Assembly (NCBI GenBank): GCA_047495785.1
Contig: JBLDXI010000054.1
Location: 1,488,001 to 1,552,000 of the forward strand
DNA: 64,000 nt
Origin: Lepidodermella squamata
Taxonomy: Eukaryota; Animalia; Gastrotricha
Direction of reading: 5' to 3'
The translations under genes and the position numbers were made by a program. The notes beneath the pieces are model-generated. The model did no database searches, was not told the DNA's origin, and saw only the letters and a list, made by a program, of their open reading frames with translations. Positions 22,768 to 35,525 of this stretch are shown piece by piece. The first letter of the stretch is position 1, and the number at the start of each line of letters is the position of its first letter.

Positions 22768-23375
22768 CAGTAAAAGTTGTGTAAACCGGAGTAGTCTTAA
22801 CCGGAAATTCTCTAAACCGGACGGATTTCAGTGGCTCTTGCAGAAAGTTTGCACTTTACATTATCAACTTGTCGTCTGAACCGGACTCTGTAAACCGGAC
22901 GTTTCCTAATTCGAAGCGATTTTTAGGGAAGGTTAAAAAGTCCGGTTTAGATCACTTTTCTTTGTTTTTCGTCATTTTCATTGCGGTTGGAAGCGTTAAC
23001 TTTGGGGTTGCTCATGAATGATAGCCAAAGCTTGGATGATCCACTGCGCCACTTCCTCTTATGAAATATGACGACGATTAAGTCATTTTGGTGAATAATT
23101 CCGGGAAAAGATATACGATATCACTTGTTACAAGGTCTAATTCATCGGTGAATACCTAAATCAAGGTAAGGGATTGGGATTATGGGTGTTTCAGGAAATG
23201 GGCGCCGATGGACAGGAAATAGAGAATTTAAATTTCTTGAATCTGATATTAACCGTATCATAAAACATTGATTTCCTAAGCTGGACTTAGTTCGGTGGTC
23301 ATTTAGACCAGATTTGCTCTAAACCGGATGATTTTGCCTGGCGCGCTGCTAGTCCGGTTCACACGACTTATACTG
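22768..23375. mobile_element. pogo/Tigger-like MITE
   Basis: TIRs CAGTAAAAGTTGTGTAAACCGGA / TCCGGTTCACACGACTTATACTG, TA TSD, internal AACCGGA repeats. The empty site is visible in the paralogous region ~31350-31380. Confidence 0.9.
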
Positions 23376-23977
23376 TATCTGCAAACTTCACAAAGCAAGG
23401 CAAAACCCGACAAGTAAGGTATGACGAGTTGATGGCCTTAATAAAGACATTAGAAAATGACGTCCGGTGTTGCCTGCTTTATCCCATGGTTCGCTGAAAA
23501 GTCGCCAAAATAGTTCCTAAATTCCATTACTTTTGCAGACTTCCCTTGTCATTCCTAATCAACCAGTGTAGCTCGTTGATGTTCAAATACGAATCTAGAT
23601 TGCGAGCTATCCACAGTGCCACGTTTAATTTATGTTAGACCGACGCCTGATGGTAACTTCTTTGAGAATAGTCTTTATTCATCTATCGATGGAGCTTGGG
23701 AACTGCTGTTTGCTCGTATGATGTCCTGATCAAGTGCGAAGTTCCTGAAATAAGCCTTATAAGTGATGGCAAAGAAAGTGCGAAAACGTCCATACGCTCC
23801 AGCCATGGTAGTTTAATTTTAGATCTTCAGAGCGGAGGTAAACGGCAGAAGAACGCCAACCCCGAAACGTCAATTAGGCCCTATTGGCGGGACTTAATTT
23901 AATGTTTACAAGTCACAGAATATTTAAGGCTGCTGAAAGTGACCTAAGAGAATTTCGCAGTCAAGTCAACTGAAAAT

Positions 23978-25229
23978 ATGAATACTACGCTCAACTCCTC
24001 TTCGGCCGGCAACATTCTCCTCAACTCTGGATGGATGCTGGCTGTAATACCCGGCCGGGACTTGGACACTCCGAGACCTTATTTCATTGCTGGATGCTAC
24101 CACGATTTCAGCGCTAAGACAGCGCAAGATCGCCTGCTGTATATCGGCCCCACCGTTTTTCTGGCGGTCTTAGCCATAATATCAAATATCGTCAGCATCC
24201 TACTCGATTTTAAACGCAAACTCAACCGCGACTTCATGATTTTATGCTCGATTTTCGCAGTGCGCAACATAATTTTCGCTGCTAATCTTGGTGCAACGAT
24301 GCTAATACCTTATAGGACAGGATTTTGGGAAGCTAGCTCCGAGGCTTGTTCTATAGCTCTTTGGATTGACGTCAGCATCGGGGCGTACGGCTGTTTCCTA
24401 AACATGATGATAAGCTCTGAAAGACGGTCTTGCATCCTCTTGGCCACCCGATACCAATCTAAAACGAAGAAAGTAGGAAAAGTTGATTCAAACAATTCAT
24501 GAATTAGGAATTTTATTCTAAAACAGTTATTAGCATGGGCTGTCCTTGGGTTCCTGGTATGTAGTCTAGCTGGCTGTGTAGTGACAGTTTGGCCATATCA
24601 ATCGCTGAGTTTGCAGTACCTTGTAGTTCCCGGCTACAACAACAACACGGCGGTGCCAATTTGCAGCACCTTCGACCTTACTTTCATAGGGTCCACCGAT
24701 ACGCTTGTCTTCTTAGTGACCTACAACCTGTGCTTCGCTCAAGCTACGACGGTCGTGCTGGCTCAAAACTACTGGTATGAGCGCTCGAGGTTATACAGAA
24801 TAGTCGATATTCTTTCTTTTATTCAGGGCTATTTTTTCGCATTATCGATGCCTCAGAAGATCTACTATGGAAATGAAGCGACCATCAACAGATAGCAGCA
24901 GGGACAAACTTTTGATAGCTCGGCAAAAGCGAGAACTTTTCATTGCAGAGCAGTGGTTCGCGGCATTCCTGGTCTACTTTGTCTGCAATCTGCCATGCTC
25001 ACTGCATTTTATACTTCAGCTGTTCTACAACGGCATTGGACCGCGTTACGCCACAAGTTGGACCCTCAAAATCGGCAATATGTGCCTGCTGGCTGAAATG
25101 AGCGTTTCAGTGCTGATTCGTAACATTCGGCCCAAGCCGTGGGGAAGATTTAAACTGCTATGGCAAGCACTGAAGGCGAAGTCTACATTTTCTGTTTTAT
25201 TTCGGCGAACTGTTGCTGTATCAGGATAG
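23978..25229 (+). CDS. Divergent class A 7TM GPCR; exons 23978-24472, 24527-24774, 24827-25229 (~381 aa)
   Basis: 7 TMs, W..SEAC before TM3, ISSERR (DRY position), FVCNLP in TM6, N-terminal sequons. Introns restore the frame. Confidence 0.85.
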
Positions 25230-25600
25230 CGATTGGTGAATGCGGAATCCTAACGCCATCAGATAAAACAATCATTTGTTTGAGCGTGGACCCTCTTATC
25301 GGCCTGAAACGTCTTTTGGATTATTTTGCCCCGAGACTATTTTATATTGTTTTGTATTTTACTCCAGATTAATGACATGAGAAACCGTTTTAGCAGTAAC
25401 TTCAGTCGAGTTTTACCATGTTTAATAAAATGTAGCAATAAATGTTTCAATCAACGTCGACGGGCTGAATTGGAGCGCAGATCAAGGGCCATGATCAGAA
25501 GAAAGCCTGAAAGCTAGGCTACAAAGTTCAGGATACACATTAGCTAAATGGCTGAAGTTGGATACATTCCATACATAGGATACATAGGAGGGAAGGGGTA

Positions 25601-25716
25601 CATAGTAACAAGAAATAACATGAACACCAATCCACCAATTCCACGGCAAGGTAAAAGATAACCATGAAGTGCAGCCGTCAGAAATTGAAATTTGACCGCG
25701 CCCTTCAAGGATACGC
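25601..25716 (-). pseudogene. Relic of a Cys-loop channel 3' end (M3-M4 loop/M4)
   Basis: AVKFQF...HGYL...VFMLFLVTM resembles AVKFRFRKTICRGYL..VFLLFLVAM of 33595..34662, at the same position relative to the GPCR. Confidence 0.65.
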
Positions 25717-26293
25717 TTCTCCAGGAACGCATCTCTGCTGACGTAAGATATTGCTATTTCATCGGCCCTCGACGGCGTCGACGGTGATGCGGGAGACAGC
25801 TATGAGACTTGTGATCTCGAGGAGCCGCGATAAGACGCTCAGCGTGGCTCAGCGTGATTGAAGTTCCGACAATAGAATAACGAAATGGGCGCGGTGCATT
25901 TGATGGGCAAACAATCTAACATTCAGTTTTTACCACCGATTTTGCAAGCGACTAAAACGCCATTCACGCCATTAGTTCCTATTCTGGGAGATCTGTTATG
26001 GCGCCCACGGCAAATAAATTCGCACTCCTAATAATCGTAGTACTACACTGGTAAAGGAAAATTTACTTACTTTATTCATATTAACCGAATAGTTAATATT
26101 TTATCAATGGAACATTTCTCATTTTTTTAAGGCTTCTGGTATTTCGGAACTGCTGTTAAAACAAAAACGCATTGCCAAATGTCAAACAGCAATCGTCCTC
26201 AGGTGGGTGCAACGGGTTATAAGCTAAAGTCTAACTTATTTTATCGTTTAATTTTCTCTCATTTTTCCGAAAAACTCAATTCAAAACATTACC

Positions 26294-26638
26294 ATGGCAG
26301 TAAAGCTTGTTTTCATCTTCGCACTTCTCATCGGTGCTGTTTGTGAGTTGGTTTTCTCGAACAATTGAAGTGCTTAACTTTCTTTTGATACACAGCCGCC
26401 AGCTACCGATGGAGTGAAAAGAGTTGTCTCGCCAATAACTGGTCCAACGTCATCATGCGAGTACCAAGTACCAGGATCAAAATCGCGTCATCAGTGCACT
26501 ATGCTATGCGACTATGATCGTAAATGCAAGGCATTCTGGCACACCAGGCCCGTTAGCAGAGGCGACTGCTAACTGCTTACCTATTGCGCTAATGGTTCAT
26601 CGTACAGAGGCCCTGATGGCCACTACATCAGAATTTGA
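26294..26638 (+). pseudogene. Secreted PAN/apple-like Cys-rich protein pseudogene (intron 26343-26395)
   Basis: Signal peptide MAVKLVFIFALLIGAVSA, then SC...QCTMLCDYDRKCKAFW...DC*LLTYC. Disrupted by a 7-bp duplication (AGTACCA) and TAA at 26570. Confidence 0.7.
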
Positions 26639-27549
26639 GCGTTACGCCGGCACGAATTCTGGCGAGAAAGAGAACATTGTGAGAGAAGAGAGAATAATTG
26701 CGCCAATAGAGGCTGCCAATAGAGGTCAATAAAGATAAGATTGTAATACTACCTTTACGGATTTACTTACATGAAAAACCACAAGTAGCTGATATAAAGC
26801 TCAAATTTATCAAGTCAAAAGAATGCTCCAGATCGGAAGAAAGCTCCATGAACAAGAGCGCTGTTCTCCGTTGTTCACGTCATATTTTGAAGAACAAGGA
26901 TGAGCGCGATTTCCTATCGTTGTCAAAAAAACACCTACATTTTGAGATGGACAACCCAAGCGTTGTTACGATGCAAAACCTCTTTTTCACGATGATTTCA
27001 TTTATTTTGATGCGATCAAGACTGAGCAGCCATTGCCGACCTTAAATCATATACCACGCGAAAGAGCAGCTCTCGTTATATATGCATGCAATTCGGTGGA
27101 AAACGGAGATATCAGTTTTGAGAAAGCAGTCGATTTAATAATGAAGATCAATTTTTAGCTTGAGTGCTTACTCTGATCATTTTTCTCTATAGTCGGTAAT
27201 TGAGTTCAAACTAAGATTTGATTATTCCTCTTGTAAATAGCGTAGGACCCTTCTGTGGCATGAGATTACCTGTCACGGTAGCTTATACTAATAGGATAGC
27301 GGCAGTACTAGTTGATGATAACCACACATTGAACATGGACCTGTCACTCGACAAATGAACATGAAATGGCCGATGAATATGTAACCATGCATTGTTGTCT
27401 GTTCCTTAGGTCAAGCCGGAGGCGTGTTGTCGGAATCCTGAATCCTAAAATTAATGAGATTAAACCAATGATGACTGTAAAGCTGTTTTCTTCATAAGAA
27501 GCGATTGTTTTGGGATAAAATGATCAGGTTTCGCGCTGTTATCCTTCGG

Positions 27550-27896
27550 ATGACAATGTGCTGAGTCTTGTTAGCCGGGCTAGCGACAGCCTTAACCGTG
27601 CTAATGACGATCAATGGCTATCCCCTGCAACGAACATTCGATTCACCCGGAGAGGAATATTTTCCTGTTTGCAGGCTTCAAGAATACCCTGCAGCTGAAG
27701 CAGCGGACAGTTTTCGTGCCGAGAAATCACGGTCTCGCCTTCTTGCTGTGGAACGTCATTCTACACTATCGGGACCAGCGAACATTTTCGAAGCAACAAT
27801 TTTGTTTGGTTTCCAGCCCCAATTACCAATTTCAAATTGTCTTACCTCAATGGTTTGATGGCGCCTTTAAAATCTTACTACATGTCCAGGGAGTAA
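27550..27896 (+). pseudogene. Secreted peptide family copy 2 (pseudogene)
   Basis: TGA at 27562 in the signal peptide and a frameshifting deletion before the conserved C-terminus. Confidence 0.8.
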
Positions 27897-29080
27897 CTGA
27901 CTTTCGAAACTTGTTTGGGTGTGTCGATAAGTCGAGATGAAACGCAATACTTCGTGGAATGCCTAAAATTCAAGTCTATTTTTGTACAAAAATTTCGGCT
28001 CGATGCCTTAAATTTTCCAGGTCAAATTTCAGTGAATGCTTAAAATTCTTAAAATTCGGAGAACCGAAACCTTGGAAAAGTAGTGAGTCCGAAGATTGCT
28101 GCGATGAAGGTTGTACGCAAGGCAGCTATAAGTGAGATGCCTGGTTCCTAAACTGAAAGACTTGAACTTTATTTGGCGTGGAAGCGTCCTCTACATGATT
28201 GTAGTACATAATAAGGCATAAGTATTTGGCACAAACACTCGAGTGCCATTGCTGGTAGAAGGCAGAAGGGTCGCAGCGCCGTATAGGGTGTGAACAAGAG
28301 GGCGTGATGTTTTGAACTTTTGCACCATGTGACACTGCAAGCTCCATTGGCACCTTACTGACCTAGACGAGTGTCGTGCGGCTCCGCTCGATTATTGCTT
28401 ACCGAAATGATTGGGTGGTCGCGATGAAGGATCGACAATCGAGGGTATGACTGACACCGAACCGGAGGAGTGTAGCGGTCAAGTGCTCTGCTCGGTTAAA
28501 CACGCGCCGTTCGCTGCCATTCTGAGAGATTTCACTCTCGCACGACTCGCACAGTCATCTCCAGCCCGTTTATTCACTTGGAAATGGTTGAATCGCAAAT
28601 TGATCGTTGTTTTTAGCTCCCTCAAATGATTGAGTTTAAAGACTTGTTGTTTGCGATCCGTTGATTTCACGACAATGGGCGATTATTTCGAATAACAGGC
28701 GAGAGTCCTCTTTCGAACGGAAGTAGCCAAGTGGAAAAATTTCTCAATTGAAATTTTGATGAAATGGCAGGTTAACAGCTTTAACCTGAATTTCTTGGAC
28801 ACGCTGTAAATTTACATTACTGCTAACTACTACACTGATGAAGGAAAAGTTCGCAGTAAGTAAATTTTCTATTATCGGTGGCGTTCTTCCCTTATATTAA
28901 CCGAATAGCTTATTTTTCAAATGAATAATTCGCATTTATTCTTGTGTTTGAAAAAGCTCTAGGTATTTTCCGACTGCTGTTAAAACAAAAACATCGTTGT
29001 CAAATGCCAAATAGCAATGGAGCCCTGGTGGCTACTGGGATAAAGTTTGAGCTATAACTTGGATTCGCCCAGGATCCCCA

Positions 29081-29870
29081 GGAGAAAATTCAGCTTATTT
29101 AAAAAACCAGTCTGGCAATCTCGATACAATGTTTTTCCTCAAAGGCAACGACCGAATTTGGTGGCCGACATTCATTCATCGCAATAGCCCAAACAATCCA
29201 GCTATGAGCGGGGATGAAATAAGCCGATCTGTCTCGATTAATATTACATCAGGTGGCTACGCAAACCAGATATTAGGTCCCTTCATTTCATATTGTTCGA
29301 TGCACTTCTGGGGATTTCCGTACGATACCCAGGAGTGTTGCCTTCAATTCACCCTAGTAGCTTTTCCGAAGTTTGTGGTGATAGGTGGCCTGCTCTTTCC
29401 GAAAAATGCACTAGTCAGCAACTTTATGCCTGAGGGTTCAGATTGGCAAGTGGTTTCCCACGAAGCTCGACTCGGCAAAGATAATGTAACAGCGTTCTTC
29501 TGCTTAACTCTCAAGCATGATCCAAGTTATGTGGTTTCGAATTTGTTCTCGCCAAGCTTCATCCTGACTATTCTCAGCCTGTGCAGCTTCTTCGTACCAG
29601 CCGAATGCCCGAATAGAGCTGCTTTCGCAGTCACAATATTGCTTGCAATGTTCGTTCTGCAGTCCGAAATGCTGGCGAATCTGCCCAAGACAAGCGAGCC
29701 GATCATTGCGACTTACTTTATCTTTGGGCAAATTGTTTTTCAAATGGCTTGTAGTGTTTACGCTGCTGTGATGTGTTCTTTCATCACGTTGTACCCTAAA
29801 ATAGCGGCTGTAAAATTTCGATTTCGACAGACGATATTTCGTAGCTACCTTGTCGTGGATTTCGCGGTAT
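29081..29870 (+). pseudogene. Truncated type A Cys-loop channel
   Basis: Homology starts abruptly at ENSAYLKNQSG, fused to a copy of 26040-26235 (at ~28826-29060), and ends within M4. Confidence 0.85.
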
Positions 29871-30777
29871 TGTATGACAATCGCGAAATGACAACCTAAC
29901 ATGACTTTTAGAAATTCTGACAATCACATTTGCGAAAAGCTAACTATGGAATTTAAAAAACCCCTGCTAGCAAGAGTTTTCTCCTTTCCAGCCTGTTGAG
30001 TTTGAAACTGGATGCCGGATTTAATACGAATGAACGCGTCATCCATAGTGATTTTACTTTTGTGAAATGAAATGAAATGATTTATTTGTTTCTCTCCCTC
30101 GCGACTAAACGTCTATACCCTTTCGGGTTTTGAGGAAGGCGAAGGCAAGACAAACCAAAAGGAAAAATTTAGTCACCCTCCCCCACAGCCGAGAAAATCT
30201 TACTTTTGTTATAAAATTCAAAATCTTCAGTCAAATCCAGTCAACAGTTTTTTCGGAAATTTCGGTTACATTAACTTTTTTACTTTTTTGATATTCGGAA
30301 TGTCATTTTGGAGAGTAGATTGATGAAAAATTCTGCAAATTTCAAGCTTTTATTTGAGACCGATAGCTAGTCGCTCACATCACGGTTCCGTAATTCTGTT
30401 CAAATTATTAAGATTTCAATTATTCCTTTTACAAATTAGCGTAAGCCCCTTTTTGTGCCACTGTAACCTGTCAGAATAGCTTACTAATTGGATGTTAGCA
30501 GAAGTGCTAACTGATGATAATCATACATGGACCTGTCGTTCATCAGATGAACATCAAAGACGCCCGAGAAATATGTACCCAGGCACTACTGTGTGTACCT
30601 CAGGTCAGGCCGGAGGCGTGTTGTCTGAATCCTGAATCCTGAAAATTAATGAGATTAAAACCATGACGAAATGTGATTGTCTTCTGGGGGTCAAATTAGT
30701 CATTTTCTTCATAAAAAGGCGATTGGTTTTGCGATAAGGTGATCATTTTCGGGCAGTTATCCTTCTGATTTTTTCTG

Positions 30778-31128
30778 ATGGCAATGTGCCGAGTCTTGTT
30801 AGCCGGGCTAACGCTCGCCCTGCTGGAAGCAATAAATGGCTATCCCCTGCAACATGCACTCGATTCATCCGGAGAGGATTATTTTCCTGTTTTCCTAATT
30901 CAAGAAAGCCCTGCAGCTGACGCGACAGACTATTTTCCTGTCGAAAAATCCTCAACCCGTCTTGGAGCAGTGGAACGTCATCCTGCACTATTGGGACCTT
31001 CAAACCTTTTCCAAGCGGCTGAGCCTAGCAATTTATTCACGTTTCCAACCGCAACTACCAATTTCAAATTGTCTTATCTTAACGGTTTGATGGCGCCATT
31101 ACAATCTTACTATATGTCCAGGGAGTAA
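30778..31128 (+). CDS. Small secreted peptide precursor (copy 3)
   Basis: Intact ORF with signal peptide and the conserved C-terminal 24 aa. Confidence 0.8.
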   Translation: MAMCRVLLAGLTLALLEAINGYPLQHALDSSGEDYFPVFLIQESPAADATDYFPVEKSSTRLGAVERHPALLGPSNLFQAAEPSNLFTFPTATTNFKLSYLNGLMAPLQSYYMSRE

Positions 31129-31937
31129 CTGACTTCCTAAATTTGTTTGAAGGGATCGATAATTTGGGACTTGGCGCATGACCTTCTCGCGGAAGGTGTG
31201 AAATTTAACTCTAATTTTAGAAATAAATGGTCAAGACAAACAATAAAAGGTCGAGTGAATTACAGGCTAAACACTATTGAACAAGATTAAATTAGGTGTT
31301 AGCTTTTTAAATAATTAAGCGCGCGTGATTACGAGGCACTATATCCACCTTAAACGATCGGGATATCATCAAACTTCAGAATATAGGACTAGGTCCCGTG
31401 AGCTGGATGGCTAAATCAAAACAGTTGAAAGTGACGTCCGGTCGCCTGTTTTATCCCATCTGGTTCGCTGAGCAGTCGCCAAAATAGTTCCATTATTTTT
31501 GTCATTCTTAATCAACTAGAGCGAGTTATTGATGTCCAATTATGAATCTAGATTGCCTCTTCTCGTGCTATCCACTCGTGCCACCTTCAATTTATGTTCA
31601 TTGCCACCGCCAATCAACGTCTGATGGTAACTTCTTTTGAGGATAGTCCCATGTCTATATTCATTCATCAATGGATGAGTTAGGAATATGCTGTTGCTGG
31701 AAATGTCTTGATCAAGTGCGAAGCTCCCTGAAATAATTGTGATTGCACAGCAGGTGCGAAATAGTCCGTGTGTACACGCCATGGTAGTTTAATTTTAGAT
31801 CAGCTTTAAGTGGCAGGAGATCTCCGACCCCGAAATGTCAGTTTCCTTGTTGTCGGATCTTAAAATAATGTTTACGAGTCACAGAATATTTAAGGGTGCT
31901 AAATGCCCTAGGGGTCGTCACAGTCGCTAAACTCAAA

Positions 31938-33187
31938 ATGAGTGCCACGATAAATTCCTCCTCAACTGGCAACGTTCTCCTCAACTCAGGTTGGATGCTG
32001 GCTGTGATACCCGGTCGCGAGTTCGAAACTCCGAGACCCTACTTCATTGCTGGATGTTACCACGATTTCAGCGCTAAAACAATGCAAGATCGCCTGGCAT
32101 ACATCGGCCCCACAGTTTTACTAGCAATCATCGCTATAGTCTCGAACATCATCAGCATCATCGTCGATCTGAAACGCAAACTCAATCGCGACTTCATGAT
32201 TTTGTCCTCGATTTTCGCGATGCGCAACATCCTATTCGCTGCTAATCTTGGTGCAACGATGCTGATACCTTATCGGACTGGATTATGGGAAGCTAGCTCC
32301 GAGGCTTGCTCTACAGCTCTTTGGATTGATGTCAGCATCGGGGCGTACGGCTGTTTCCTAAACATGATGATAAGTTCCGAAAGACGGTCTTGCATCCTCT
32401 TGGCCACCCGATACCAATCTAAAACGAAGAAAGTAGGAAAAGTTGATTCAAACAATTCATGAATTAGGAATTTTATTCTAAAACAGTTATTAGCATGGGC
32501 TGTCCTTGGGTTTCTGGTATGTAGCCTAGCTGGTTGCGTAGTAACAGTTTGGCCATATCAATCGCTGAGTTTGCAGTACCTTGTAGTTCCCGGCTACAGC
32601 AACAACACGGCGGTGCCAATTTGCAGCACCTTCGACATTACTTTCATAGGGTCCACCGATACGCTTGTCTTCTTAGTGACCTACAACCTGTGCTTCGCTC
32701 AAGCTACGACGGTCGTGCTGGCTCAAAACTACTGGTATGAGCGCTCGAGGTTATACAGAATAGACGATATTCTTTCTTATTCAGGGCTATTTTTTCGCAT
32801 TATCGATGCCTGAGAAGATCCACAATGGAAATGAAGCGACCATCAACAGATAGCAGCAGGGACAAACTTTTGATAGCTCGGCAAAAGCGAGAACTTTTCA
32901 TTGCAGAGCAGTGGTTCGCGGCATTCCTGGTCTACTTTGTCTGCAATCTGCCATGCTCACTGCATTTTATACTTCAGCTGTTCTACAACGGCATTGGACC
33001 GCGTTACGCCACAAGTTGGACCCTCAAAATCGGCAATATGTGCCTGCTGGCTGAAATGAGCGTTTCAGTGCTGATTCGTAACATCCGACCTAAGCCGTGG
33101 GGAAGATTGAAACTGCTATGGCAAGCATTGAAGGCGAAGTCAACATTTTCGGTTTTATTTCGACGAACTGTTGCTGTAGCAGGATAA
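31938..33187 (+). CDS. Divergent class A GPCR paralogue; introns 32433-32486 and 32735-32784
   Basis: Near-identical to 23978..25229 with the same intron positions. Confidence 0.85.
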
Positions 33188-33594
33188 ATGCTGAATCGTT
33201 TTCTGCCAGGACCCTGAATCGTTTTTTAGCTGATAAGGTTATAACGCTGTTGTTTTTATTTTACTTCGAATTCGTGAAGTTAGAAATATTTTTAGCAGAA
33301 ACTATCTGTCGAATATAACCTCGTTTTATTTAAAGAATTTGGGGAGCAGATCAAGGAGATATTACTGGGACCATTGTTCTGAATAAAGGAAGATAGACGG
33401 TGAGGCAGTTTAACGAAGTTCAAGACATACAAAACCTAGTTGGAGTAGGCGTGACTAGCTAGTAGAGGAGAAAAGGTGAAAGAGGGAGAAGGAGAAGGGC
33501 GGGGTAATTTCTGTCGCGTGAAAATTATCCAATATCAGTTAATTGTGAATAAATCAAGTGGTTTTACATTTTTCACGAAAAGCAAGTAATTCTG

Positions 33595-34662
33595 TCAATC
33601 GTACATGATTGTTGCGAGGATTGATAGGTAAAAAATGACCATAGCAACAAGAAATAATAAGAAAACCGCGAAATCCGCGACAAGGTAACCACGACATATT
33701 GTCTTTCGAAATCGAAATTTTACAGCCGCCTTTTTAGGGTACAACGTGATGAAAGAACACATAATTGCAGCGTAGACACTGCAAGCCATTTGAAAAACAA
33801 TTTGTCCAAAGATGAAGTAAGTCGCAATGATCGGCTCGCTTGTCTTGGGCAGATTCGCCAGCATGTCTGATTGTAGAACAAACATTGCCAGCATTATTGT
33901 CACTGCGAAAGCAGCTCTATCCGGGCATTCAGCTGGTACGAAAAAGCTGCACAGGCTCAGAATTGTGAGGATGAAGCTTGGGGCGAACAAATTTGAAATC
34001 ACATAACTCGGATCGCGCTTGAGAGTTAAGCAGAAAAATGGTGATAGGTTTCCACCCCCCAGTCGGGCCTCGTTCGAAATTAGTTGCCAAACTGAGCCCT
34101 CTGGCATTACGTTACTGGGTATAGTCTCTTTAGGGAACTTGACTTCTCCAATCACCACAAACTGGGAATATGCTATTAGCGTTAAATGGACGCAACACTC
34201 CTGAATGTCGTAAGGAAACCGCCAAAAGTGCATGGAGCAATACGAGGTGAAGGGTGCAAATATCTGATTCATATACATGCCCATTGTAACATTGATCAGC
34301 ACCATACGGCCAACCTCGTCGCCATTCATAGCTGGGTTGTTTGGGCTATTGCGATGGATGAAATTTGGCCACCAAACGCGGTCGATGCCTTTGGGAACAT
34401 GCATTGCATCAATATTGCCAGACTGGTTTTTTAAATTTGCCGAATTTTCCAGCGTGCATTTGTCGAACCAAACGAAGCTAAACACGCCAAACAGTGACAT
34501 GGACTCCTCGACCTCGTCGATTTTCAGCACTCTATCAACATAAAAAACAGGGCTGACAGCTGTGGGCTGGCCGAGCAGTTCACTCGGCGAGTTGACCAAA
34601 GGATCGATGTGACACGTTGCGAGCAACAAATCAAGCAAGGCCAATGCACCCTTGTTAGACAT
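33595..34662 (-). CDS. Cys-loop channel subunit, type A, 355 aa
   Basis: CSMHFWRFPYDIQEC, 4 TM, intronless. Confidence 0.92.
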   Translation of the reverse strand: MSNKGALALLDLLLATCHIDPLVNSPSELLGQPTAVSPVFYVDRVLKIDEVEESMSLFGVFSFVWFDKCTLENSANLKNQSGNIDAMHVPKGIDRVWWPNFIHRNSPNNPAMNGDEVGRMVLINVTMGMYMNQIFAPFTSYCSMHFWRFPYDIQECCVHLTLIAYSQFVVIGEVKFPKETIPSNVMPEGSVWQLISNEARLGGGNLSPFFCLTLKRDPSYVISNLFAPSFILTILSLCSFFVPAECPDRAAFAVTIMLAMFVLQSDMLANLPKTSEPIIATYFIFGQIVFQMACSVYAAIMCSFITLYPKKAAVKFRFRKTICRGYLVADFAVFLLFLVAMVIFYLSILATIMYD

Positions 34663-35525
34663 TTCAAAATTGTCTTGTGCGAATTCACGCCAATTGATGT
34701 TCTCGTTTCCAAGCGAGCTGTGAGTTTTGAGTTGGCTTGTTTGTCTAGCATCACGCCGTTTGCTCGTGAAATCAGTCTTTCAACCGCTAGCCTCACTGTT
34801 CTGATTCAGCTGGCACGTGACACGGGGAAATAGCGCGACTGTGTTAGTTCGGATTTTTTAATATCCGCATGTTTTTGGATATTTCAAAAGTTTACTTTGG
34901 CTTCTATTCAAAATCTAAGAGAAGATCACATCAGGCTGAATCCAACAAATGGAAACGCCAGCTGCAAATCTTCATATCCGTTAAGGAATGAGGGCTCTAG
35001 AACAAAAGAATCACAGAAATCAGAATTTGCTAATTTGTCCTCAGTCTCAGTTATCTGAAAAAGTCGGTATTATTCCGCAGATTTAACTAAATAAAAAACT
35101 GATGAGCGTGTTCATTCCGGCAGCGTGCTTCACAGCTAACAAGCAGATTTCAAGAATCATCTGGGTAGGAGAGTGATCTCCTCGTCAGACTTTGATTTTT
35201 GCTCTGAACACCTGCGAGTCAAAGTTTCAGTGACTAAAGTCGATCACATTACCAATCTATGTGAAATTGATCAATGCTAAACTGAAATCAATTTAGAATT
35301 ACGAATTACGTATCATGGCCAAAGCATGTTGTTGCTGCTTAATGATTTTATTATGCGAAATTATGTAAAATTGCACCGCGCTACCATCCTGTACAATTCG
35401 GAAAGTGATTGGGGTCCTTGCTCCTACTGATGCTTTGCTGGTTTCAGAATATCTTAGTACTTAGGGACTTCAAGAATCCATCGATAATCATGATGTCTGC
35501 TTCCCTCAATCGCTTGGCTTTGCCG

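Noticed and set aside
28126-28670. Short ORFs between the peptide pseudogene and the truncated channel
   Set aside because: No motifs, no paralogy and no consistent splice pattern.
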